Assembly: GCF_018977255.1 (NCBI RefSeq)
Contig: NW_024704842.1
Coordinates: 124,001-168,031 of the forward strand
Source of the DNA: Callorhinchus milii
Lineage: Eukaryota
Length of the DNA stretch: 44,031 nucleotides
Reading direction: 5' to 3'
The notes under the pieces were generated by a model, which was given only the letters and a program-made list of their open reading frames with translations, ran no database searches and was not told where the DNA came from. The translations under genes and the position numbers were made by a program. This document shows positions 11,652 to 23,600 of this stretch, piece after piece (within the stretch, counting starts at the first letter, position 1; each line of letters starts with the position of its first letter).

Positions 11652-14600
11652 ATGTATGAGTATTATTAAGGACTTAAAATCTTGCAATTAATAATCTTTA
11701 ATGATCATGCAAGCATTGGTGTCAGCAGCTCCAAAATCAGATGTACACTGGGCGTGAACAATTGTTTTCTGGAGGATTGTTGGACAGAGAGAGACTGTTG
11801 GCTATGAGAGACAAATTCTCTCTTTGAATTGGGCCGCGGGTTCTTCAAAGTCCACGAAAAAGGGCAGAAGGGACGTCGGTATATCGTCTCTTCTGAAAGA
11901 AAAAAAACTTGAAGTGGCTCAACTTGAGACAAGCGATTGACAGTCAGACACACAGACAATCATGCGGCAGACACACAGACAGAAACGCAGACAGACCAAG
12001 AGAGAAGGAGAGGGGCAGACATACAGATTGACACACTGTAAGACACCCAGAGAGATGAAGGAAGAAGGCGACTGCACAAGGGGAGAGACAGATCCAGAGA
12101 AAGAGAACAAGGAATCAATAGACTCTGGTTTGGGGGAAGCTCATGAGCAAGAGATTGGTTTTGTGTGGGGCTCGGGCCATCGGCTGACCAGACGAGGTTG
12201 TGATCAGCTCTTTTCACTCAGGACTCAAACCTAGGAAACTTCTCACTCACAGGTGACGTTGCTGGGTTCAGGGCCGCCTCCCGTGGGTACGTTCCTGCGA
12301 AAAAAACAGACAGATGAGAGCGAAATATTCTCTGCTGTTTTACTGAGGAGGATTGCGGTGCTCAGTCCAAGTCTTGTAACAGGGCTAACGACCAAACATT
12401 GACACTCAGCTGGAGTGAAGCGAGGGGGTGGGGAAGGTTTGTGTTGGGAGCCAGTTGTCTGAGGCTTGTGTGGAAACCCGTCACCATGGTGACGAGTATC
12501 CATACCATACGATGAATTCCAGTCATGCCTCCAATAGAAGGCAATTCCTTTTTATTTAATTAATATGCATTACATCTGCCAACCTAATCCCCATGTGGTT
12601 TAGGCACAATATGGCTAGAATCAGGGTTTAGCGACCTCACAGTATGAATTGGGATCCCACCAGCTAAAACCACACGGCTTGCTATAGGGAGCTCCGTCTT
12701 GCAATCTTCCTCTGCTTTTCGAGTTAGGAAATCTCTACCCGTTAGGGATTTATCCTGTAGTGTAGCAGGAGCTGAATAGGAGGATTCCTTACCCCCAATA
12801 TATTTTCTGCCCTCCAAGTGTTGCAAATGAGTGTGGGAGTGTACACATGTACAGACAGTTTGGAGAGAGAGCAGGGAATGGGATTAAATTGGAGATTTCC
12901 AGTGGGGTGCAAGCAACACCACAGACAGGATGGCGTGAGAGGAGGAATGGGAAGAGTATAGAGAGCTCCAGTCGGGGTGGAAGCACCTGTGCAAGCAGGA
13001 TGGGGAAATAGAATGAAATAGCGGTGAAATGTTCTCACCTTTCCCCACTTGAACTCTTCTGTTTACCTGTAATTGCAAAGGGTAACGCATGTCAAATATT
13101 GATTAGTACTGGTTGTGTATTTTTGTGGTTATATTAACAATAATCCTCCCTTTCATAGATTATTACCGTTTCATTACAAAGGGCAGTCCCTACCCAAACC
13201 CTTTCCCATCACTACCACCATCCATGGACATGCCTTCAGCCACTTCGCTACGCTATTTGTAAATACATCCCAGTTTCCATCTGATTTAGCTCTCGCTCCC
13301 ACCCTCACACCACAAGACCCATCACTTCAACCGGGTCTAGTATTTTTATTACTATTCTGTGTAATAAACACTGGCCTCAAATTGCAGTGACTCTGCTTTT
13401 TTAATGAAATGCTGCAGCCCATTGCACACAAGTGGGTAACAAAAGCGGACATGAAGTGACTGATCCATTTTATTTTGGGGATTGTTGGCCAGGATTCTCC
13501 CTTCTCTTTTCGAATGCTGCTGCAGGAACTGTAATGTCCACATGATCAGGAAAACAGGACCACGTTACAACTTTCTCACTGTGGGTACAGGCTGAAGAAC
13601 TTGGGAACAAAGTCTTGGAAACAAGAGTAGGGTACTGCACTGGATATTGACAGTAATTATCTCAATCCAAAAGTATCATTGTCGACAGCCTTTAAACATC
13701 GATATTATCAAGTACTCAAAGTTAAGGATAAAACTCATTGCCAATTTCGCTAACATAAACAACGACATGTCTTTCTAACTCAGATCCATGGTGCTGTCTA
13801 ATCTGTCCCAACAATAAATGACTTGATAAAGACTGAATGACTGTTTGGTAGCTTTGTTGTCAGGTCCCCATCTGCACTCATTGACACGCAGAATATCAAT
13901 ACAAAGTCGTTGTATACTTTCCTGTCTCCTTCTTTTGACCCACAAATATACATTAAATTCACATGACAGCATATTCTGTGAAGCGCTTTGGGACTTCGAG
14001 AAGACGGGAAAAGCGATATATCAAATGCAAGGTTTATTAATATTATTATTTATTCCCAATAACTTTAAGCCATATTCACTGATATTATTGGCCACTTACC
14101 TTTCTTATATTCACTGATTCCCAGTAGTAACACAATTATCATTAACGAAGCGACAATCCCCGCAGCCAGTCCTGTAATGTGCTTCCAGGTCCAATTTGCT
14201 GGAGAGGGAAATGACCAGAGTAATTTGTCGACTTTGAAGAGCTAATATGCTGGGAAAACCCTTTATTTTAAAGGCATCGCTGAGATCTTATCTCCTGCTA
14301 ATTTCAAAGCGCAAAAGAAGGAAATGTTTTCTCTTTTGCAATGAAAATTGCCGAATTTCCCCTCGTCTGTCTTCAAGAGAAAACTTCTCGACCCCTGATC
14401 CTGGGAAGGTTGAGCTAAATAGGGTCTCTTCTGGTGCTGCGCAAGTGAATAGCCAAGCTGCGGAAGATTGGAATCGAGGCCACACTTCATGGTGTTCCCC
14501 ATTCTTCTCCATGAGCCAGGCATGTCCCAGTATTCCAGGGAACTGCTGATAACAAAACAGTCCGGCCTGTCTCATCGTCATCAGGTTGAGGAGCAGATCG

Positions 14601-17600
14601 GACACTGGGAGCCGGATTATTTCTACGTTGGCTTTAAAAGTACAAGTCAGCGTGAGCATCTTGTTGGTATGTTGTGGGGCAAGAAGGGATAGTCTACACG
14701 ATTATGGTCAATGTGTGAGGTAGTGGTGTAAGTAACAGCTGTAATGCAAGAGCAAGATCTGGGTCCGCCCAACCTTGTCGCACTCCAAAACACACCGCGG
14801 AATGACGGAGATCAGTTCAGCAGCGATGCTTTCCGCTGTTTGCAGGAGAGAGGGTTTACACCCCAGATACGCTGTATAGGGATGGGTCGGGAATTTGGGT
14901 TTGGAAACTGTTTTATCGCGTGGATGGTTGCAGCCTGGATCAAGCAATCCAACTGAGAGCGGGAGATAACGTGGAAATATGATCGATGATATAAAGAGTT
15001 ACTGGAACAGAAGGTACTGTAAAAGATCAGAAGACAAGTAGATTTTTGTGTGAGATTATACCCAAACCTTACCGCGCACAGTGATTCCCATTCGATCGCT
15101 CGCTATTGATGTAAACACTCGTCCGTCTATTTGTGTAGTATATTTGCACGTGTAGTTTGCTGCACTGATCTCCGATAGGATGAATGTTACCGTGTTGTTA
15201 TTCTCTGGAGCTGGTTGTGATATGATAAACGCATCATCTCTGTAGAGAGAGAAATTGCTGCCAGGATAATTCCCAGAACATGAGATCTCAGCGCTTTCCC
15301 CTCTCACAAACACCCGGGAATCTGGCTTCAGCGAAATTTTGGCTTTCTGGAGCGGATCTGGAATAAAAACACAGTAAAGATCATCTCACAAACATTCGCT
15401 CTGTGAATAGAAACGTTTCAGGTTATAGCATAAAGGACCATTTGCTTCTTCCCATCCTGGTGAAGGTGTCTGGACGAAGTGAAGGTTTTGAGGGGCAGTT
15501 TCAGGGCAAACTCCAGCAGTCGTTTCTTTAGACAGAGGAAGGGTGCACAGCGGCTGACAGCGGAGTGGCCACGGAGGGCAGTGAGGCCGGGCAACTAACT
15601 AACAGCTTCAGCATGAGACGGCCGAACGGTAATTTAATCTGAACAGCACGTGTGATTTTCAGCAGTGTTTTAAACAACAGCGTAGGGTGTCAACCAACGG
15701 ATCAAACTTAATTCTGGAGCATCGACTTCACACAGAGGGAAATGGGATTGTGGAACTCGCTAACTGAAGCTATGATTCGATCAGATAGTCCAGATACATT
15801 CCAGACCTAATCACACCTTCATTTGAGTGAGAGGGACATATAGGATTTTGAGGCAGTGGGAGTGTGTGAGGCAATGAGCGACAGAGGAATAGGACGTTTT
15901 GGAGGGTGTTAGGAATTTGGAAGCAGAAATAGACGGTGTGGGATTAATAGAGTTTGTGAAAGGCAATGGGGTTGCGGTAGGTTATCAAGGTTTGTGAGGG
16001 AGGGTGGAAAATTGGTTGAGGGAGGCAGTGAATGTGAGGAAGGATGCGTGCTGTTGGAAGTGAGGGATTCAGTTTGATGGAGGAAGGGAGCAATGCAGAT
16101 AATCTGGTGTAAAAAAGCTAGTAAAATAAGATATTTATTTGGGGAGGAGAATTTTCCAGGGCTGCAGCGAGAGAGTTTGGGAGTGGGATTTAATCGGCTA
16201 GCTACTTCAGATTATCTGGCAAAGGAAAGATTGACAAATTTGCCTCCTTCTGTGCTGTATGATTCCATGATTAAATAAAATAAAGTGAGGATGGGGCGAA
16301 GGCGTGATATGATCGCAGTGACTGGACACTTGGGGCAATGAATACCACTGATGAGAGAGTTCAAGATCTCGCTCTTCCACTGATGAGAGAGTTCAAGATC
16401 TCGCTCTTAACCCACTGATGAGAGAGTTCAAGATCTCGCTCTTACCCCACAAAGAAATTCCCACTCGTTTGCTCTCTGGTGATGTGAGCTCGCGTGCGTC
16501 TTTATGTTTAGCATATTTACACGAATAATTCCCTGCACTGATCTCCGATGGGGCGAATGTTGCCGTGTTGTTTTTCTCATGAGTCGACTGTGATGACATC
16601 AACTTCCCTTCTCTGTATAAAGAGAAATTACTGCCTGGATAATTTCCAGAACATGAGATCTAAGCGCTTTACCCTCTCACAAACACCCGTGAATCTGGCT
16701 TCAGGGAAATGGTGGGTTTCTGGAGCGGTTCATGAATTAAAGTAAATATAATCTCACAAACACACACTTCGTGACATGAAAACAGTTCAGTTCAGACGAA
16801 CACTGTCTATTTTCTTATTTCTCAGCCTGAAGGATTCATCGTGAAGACTGGGAGAGGCAAGGGTTAAGGGACAGATTAAGGACAGGCCCGAGCATATGCT
16901 TCTTTAAACCTAGGGAGGGGACAACGGCTGGCACAGGGGTGGCCATGGAGGGCAGTGAGGCCGTGGCCTGATATTCCACAAAGCTATAGCCAGGGACCTG
17001 TGACAGGGAATACAGACAGAAACTCTCAACTGACCTTCAGACGTATTTAAATAACAGGATACGATCACATCCAGGGGACCAAACAGTAAATGTAGGAGCA
17101 ACGACTTCACACAGTAAAGTGAGATGGTGGGAATCATTGACTGAAGCGGGATTGGAATAAGACAGTATAAACACATTCAAGATGTCGCAAGACTTTCATA
17201 GGAGGGAGAGGAGATAAAAGATGTGGGAGGGAGTGAGGCTGTGGGAGAGAGTCAGTGTTTCGGAAAAATAGAGTGTGGGGATGGAAGCAATAGAATGTAC
17301 GTGCGGATGAGGAATAGAAGTAATGAAAGGTTGGGGAATAGGAAGTGTGAAATGAATTACGGGGGAAAGTGAGGAATTGAAGTAGACTTGTGTCATTGAG
17401 CATTTGGTACATGTGTTAGGATGGGTGGGCGGCGGGATGGGGGACAGTGGTAGTTGGAGGGCAGATCTGTGATCAAGGCTAATGTAATGCAAGTGGCAGC
17501 GAACGGCCATTTAACAGATTCGTGAGAGAAACGCAAACTGGTTATTATGTAAAATCATACCCAGATCTTACCCCACAAATAGATTCCCACTCGTTCGCTC

Positions 17601-20600
17601 TCTGGGGATGTGAACTCTCGACCGTCTATATGTGTAGTATATTTACACGTGTAATTTCCTGCACTGAAATCCGACAGGGTGAAATTTGACGTGTGGATGT
17701 TTTCCTGAGTTGTCCGTGATATGAGAAACTTGCCGTCTATGTATAAAGAGAATATGCTGCCTGGATAATTCCCAGAACATGAGATCTGAGCGCTTTCCCC
17801 TCCCACAAAGAACGGGGAATCTGTCTTCAGGGAAATGATGGCTTTCTGAAGTGGATCTGAAATTAAAACACAGTAAAGGTAATCTCACAAACACTCACTC
17901 TGATCTGATCTGTGACAGTGAACATCAGTGTCGACAATAAGCCCAGCCTCACCCTCTGAGACTGTTTCTCTCTGAGGTTTAATACGAGGCAGAAATGTGG
18001 GTGGTTCCAACTACGTGTCTTGATTTGACGCTGCAATTCTTCCGTATTGAAACACTTTTTGATGTTTGGGTATGTCTTTCTGTGAGCGAAGAGTCAGTGT
18101 TAGCTCGGAGTCAGTGTGAGCTCTGGATCAGTGTGAGCTCGCGATCAGTGTGAGCTCGGGGTCAGTGTGAGCTCGGGGTCAGTGTGAGCTCGGGGACACT
18201 GTAAGCTGGAGTTGCTTATAGCCTTGACTGCCTGTTCAGGTAGTGGTAACAAATCTCATGACGATATTCAATAACCGAAGGGATTCTTTTTCTGTTGCCA
18301 TTGCCAACAATCCCCAAATTAAATTTGATTGGCCCTACACTCCACCCATATCAATGGCACGTTGTTGCAGTTGTGGTCTATACCTGAACAGAATATGCCA
18401 CCGTCCTGCCCGTGTCCGCAGTCAGGCCGACCAACCACAGGCCCCGATCCTTCTCCAAAGCGAGCGTTACTTGAGACTGATACAGCAAATCCACATCCCA
18501 AATAGTTACAAATATATCCTGCCATCTCCATGTTCAGCGTCTCGCCACAAACTGTTCTCCAAGTGTCATAGTAGTACAGCTCAACTCTCCCCACACACCG
18601 GCTGTCTCCATTCACCAGTTTGGGTGGGTTACCTCCTGCCAAGTACATACAATACAATATCCACAGCAACAACTTCAAGCGTATGTGCAATTAACACAAT
18701 CTGTACCCTCACAAACAGCGGACGTTTGACCCTGGGTTAGCAGAGATGGTGAGACACACGTATAGCAGAGGAGGTGGGAACCTGGGATAGTAGATGCTGT
18801 GTGACAATGGGTTAGCCGAGGATGTGTCACATTGGGTTAGGAGGGAATCTGTGACACTGGGTGAGCCTGAGAATACATTGGAATATACAGCAGAGAAACA
18901 TTCGGCCCAACTGGTCTATGACGTTAATCACTCCCTGATTTCACTTTTCTGTTTTTTCTCCCCGCCCTGTGAATACCTCGAGTTTTAATAGCACCTCACT
19001 TGTGCTCAATCCCCTGCGCTCTCTCCCTTTGCTGATCCCCCTTTGGCTCAACACACTTGTACTCAACAACCTCGTGCTCTTACACAACTTGCTCTTACCC
19101 ACCTGTCCTCAACCCCACTGTGCCTACCGTTCCTGTTTACACACTCTCTGCTCACCCTCCTGTGAAAACCGCCCCGTAAACATCCCTTTGATTACCCCGC
19201 CCCCCGCCCATGGGTGATAACTTCCCTACTCCACAATATGCGGAATCTCACCTGCTCATTCACAATTTACCCACTATGGCCAGTACACTTACTCATATGC
19301 TCAACTCCCACGCCCCACACCCACCCCACCCTGTGCCACTCCTGGTTCTGCCCCCTGTCTTCTGCCCCAGTGTTCACCAATGCGCTCAACCCATGCTCAA
19401 ATTTACTTTCTCAAACCGCTGTGATCACTACCAATGCATCCCGCTCCCCGGTGCTCTGCATGTACCCCAGTGCTCATACCCTGTGCTCAGCCCCAGTATA
19501 CTCACCTCCCTCTCTACTCATCGCCTGTACTCACTTTTCTTCCGCTGCTCTCTCCCTCTGTTCACCCTGCAATACTCTCCCCCTCCCCTGTTCTTACACA
19601 GCCTGTGCTCTGTCTTCTTGTTTTGAGGCCCCTGTGCACACACCCACCGTTTCTTATCCCACACGTGCTCACTCCACTGCTGTGCACTGCGTTCTTGTTC
19701 TGAACCCCTGTTGTACTCACCCCCNGTCTGCTCAACCCCTGGTTCTCACCGCCTTGTGACCCTCGTGTGCTTTCGACTCTGTGCATTTCCATCTTGTGTT
19801 GATCCTCCTGCTTTCCACCATATGCTTCCCACCCATATGACCACTCCGTCATTTAACTCTCCTATACTTCCCTCTGCCCTATGATTACCTCACGTGTATT
19901 CACCACCCGACTTGTGCTCATTCCACTATGCTCTCCGCCTTTGCTTGCCTTCCCTTTTTCTCTTCCCACTTTTACTTAATCCTCCCCTTGGGCTCTTAAC
20001 TTCTGCACTCTTACCACCGCCTGTGCTCAACGCCACTATGACTGCATCCCCTATTTAGAAAGACAACGCTCACAATCCCTCTGCGTTACGCCAGACCGGG
20101 CGCTGCTCCCCGCTTGTTGCCACCCACCTGTGCTCGCCATTCGTGCTCTTCATCCAGGATTCACCTCCAAGCGCTTCCCCTCTGCTCAACCCATCCTTTT
20201 GCTCGCCATTGTGCTGAATCCCCCTTTTCTTATCCACACTGTGCTCCTCTTACCCTGTACAGTTAACTCACTTTGCAGTCTATTGTGTGAAGCGTTTTGG
20301 GATATCCTTCCAAGAGCATTATAAAATGCAAGGATTATTATTATTACTCATCCCTCCTGTGCTCACACCCACCCATGTGCATTAACTCTGTGATACGCCC
20401 AATGTGCTTAACCCCTGATCTTCCCGATAAGCTCACCAACACATATGCATTCCCCGGTTACCACCCCTTGTTCTCCACAAATTGTTTGAAACAGCTCACT
20501 CACTGCCTCAAATTCCCCTGCTCATCGCACTCATGCACACCCAATCGCCCCGGGCTCTCCCTGCATGTCTACTCATCTCTCTGTGCTCTGCCCCACTGTA

Positions 20601-23600
20601 CTCAACTCCCTTTGCACTGCAACACTGTACTCACCCGCCACTCCCGACCCCCTTTGTACTTCCGCTTCCCAGGGCTTAGACCCGGTGCTCACCTTCCTTA
20701 TGCTCAGCCCCCTGTGCTCAAAACCATATGGGCTCACTCCCCTGCTGTGCACACCCTCCTTGTGCTTATTCCACTGTACTCGCCCAACCTATACTCAACT
20801 CCGCTTCATGCTCCACACTCCGTGTGCTCAGTACATCCACTGTCTGCCCTACTGTGCTCACCCTCAATGCGTTCAGATGCTGAGATCATCATCCCTTGAG
20901 CTCACCTTCTCCTCAGCCCTGCTTTGCTCACCATGCTACACGTGCACACCACTGGGCTCGCACCCTGTGCCCCCGTGTGCTCTCCAGCGAGCATACCGCA
21001 TGTACTCCCCACCCTGTGCTAAGCAATCCTGTTCTCCAAACCCTCTGCTCATTCCCCCACTGCGCTCAACGAACCATGCTTATTCCACATTTATAGCCCT
21101 CTCCTCACCACACAATTTTCTCGGCCCTTTGTGCTAACCCCAAACCCAGTGTGCCTATTCCCCTTGTGCTCAATGTTCCCTGAGCGCAAATCACTGTGCT
21201 ATCGCTCCAAGTATTCAACCCTGTAGTTAACCGCTGTCCTACACCACCATTTGCTGACACTCTGCGATCATTGGCGTTGCTCACAACCTGGGATGCCCTG
21301 CCCTGTGTTCACCCACTGCGCTCACCCACGCTGTGCTTACGCACCATGTACTCCTTTCCAGTTTACGCACTCGCTTGTGCTCAACCACAGGTCTCAGCGC
21401 CCTTTGGCGACCTCCTAACCATCCCCTCGCTCACACTTGCCCTCACCCCAAGCACGAGGTTATTCTAAAAGATAGACTTATTTAACTGAGCAAATGACGC
21501 CGACATCGTATGTTTTGGATTTGGAAAATTGATCACAGTGCTATGAGCGCAAACACTCCACTCAGGTTTAATAATAAACTAACATATTATGGGATACAAG
21601 CTTTAACAATGTTTTTCGATCCGCAGTTTTCCGAAAACATGAGGAAAGAAAAATGATCGAAGACTGAAATATTTACCTGAACAGATGACGCCGGCATCAT
21701 AGGAGTGTGGCCAGGAATAGCCACCACCCCAGGGCTGTGACAGACAATCCCTCAGAGTAGACTCACTCCCTCTGCACCGGACATTCCACGTCACAACGGG
21801 ACCTGAGCCTTCACCAAAGTGAGCGTCTCCTGATGCTGAGAGCGCGGCTCCACAGCCCAACTCCTTACACACCACAGACGCGTCCAACATATCCCAACCA
21901 TCGTCACCAGAGCCAAAGCCATTCACTGTGCCCCACTGTCCATTGCGAAAAACCTCCACTCTCCCGGCACAGGGGCTACCGCCATTCACCAACCTCAAAC
22001 GATCTGCCAAAATGAAATAAAATCTGCCACACAATCACTGTAAGACATCACGCAGAATATTGAACGTAATCGAAGGTAATACTTCACAAGGTGCATGTCG
22101 CATTGCGAGGATTTCTGGACGGTAAACAATACAACAACAATAATAATCATTATAATGGTTCCAATGACCGTTGGCTACATACAGTCCAAAACCCGGGTAT
22201 CAACAATAATATTAACAATTCATTCTGCGGCTACATATACCCGTTGCAGCTGCCTTTGGAACAGAAGGATAGAGCTTTTATATTATTATACTGAATATTA
22301 TATTATTATACTTTATACAAGATTATTATAATTTATATAAAGATAGGAGATTCCCCCAAAATATGGCAGTTGTTTATTGCTTTGTTACAGAACACATTAA
22401 TGCGCATGTGTTACTGAAAGAATAGTGTGTAATTTTCTCTGTCGTCAATTCATTGCGGAATATTATCCAAACATCACATTTTGGTGCTTCATTAAAGTTA
22501 TTTTAAGTGTATCTCATCAAGGATAGGCATTGCTCTGGAGTACGTCCACGACTCTAAAACAATAAGAGCTTCCCGAAGAGGTAAAATCGTTCTACATCAA
22601 TTGTGTATTGCGCTCTGGCAGATACAAAGATGCAGATATTGTTGTTTTATTATTGCATTAGCAGCTCGCTTTTTGTTGTTTGAATATATGTTTGTGTGTG
22701 TATGGGGGTGTGGGGGAGTCGCGGACGCATACAATGCACCATCACACACAACACGAACGAACCCAGGCACAGACACTAGCACAACCCCAACTCCGGCCAA
22801 AGCACCTCGCCCCGAGGACACAGCCCTCACCCACAGCGCCAGAGCACAGCCACTCCCCAAGGCACAGACACCACCGACAGTGCACAGTCGCAACAATACA
22901 AAACAGAAGACATCCCCTATGGCACAGCAACCGTCCACGGGGAATAATCAAACCCCCAGGTTACACAGACCCTACACAAGGAAGCCCCACCCCAGGTAAA
23001 GGCAGATCCAGACAAAGACCGCTCTCCCTGGTACAAACCCCTCACAGGTAACAGCAACTACTCCCACCTCCGATAGCTGCCTCTCAGGCTCATCGGTGCG
23101 CTGCTTCGGCACAGTGCTCTCTTGCCCTGCCCTACCAACGAGGGCACAGCTTCCCCACAAGGTACAGCGATCTTGAACCCCTGCAGAAACCCCACACCTG
23201 CCCCCCGGTAGAGCCCTCACTGCCAAAACAAACCCAGGGTCCACCGACCACTTCCCACTGTACAGGCCCCACCACAGGCTCATCTCTTGACCCACGTCAC
23301 AAGCCCCACAATTTCACATCCCCACAGGATCAGCCACCCACCCACGGTACAGAGACGCCTCAGAGGACAGTCCCTCCACAGAGCACCCAACCTGACACAG
23401 CGCGATGGATGGACAGCCGAACTCCAAACGTACAGCACCCTACCAGTCACAGTCCATTCCCAGAGCACAGTCCCCAACTGTCACAACCCCATTCCGTCAC
23501 AGGCATCTCCCGGAAACAGCTGCTGCCCCAGAGCACAGCTGCCATCCAAGGTACAGCCTCCCCAACGTGCACAGCCTCCTCCAGAGCAAAAGCCCTCCAC

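Noticed and set aside
14288-14659. Possible extra Ig V-like exon (TLTCTF...YQQFPG)
   Set aside because: No conserved Trp or second Cys at the right spacing and no matching splice sites; kept only as an unexplained segment.
18094-18195. 17-nt repeats as a CRISPR-like array or cryptic RSS array (reverse CACACTG)
   Set aside because: No unique spacers, eukaryotic context, heptamer non-consensus and no nonamers; ordinary minisatellite.
19210-21137. Overlapping 130-200-aa Pro/Cys/Leu-rich ORFs
   Set aside because: Arise in several frames from the stop-poor C-rich minisatellite; no domain signature.
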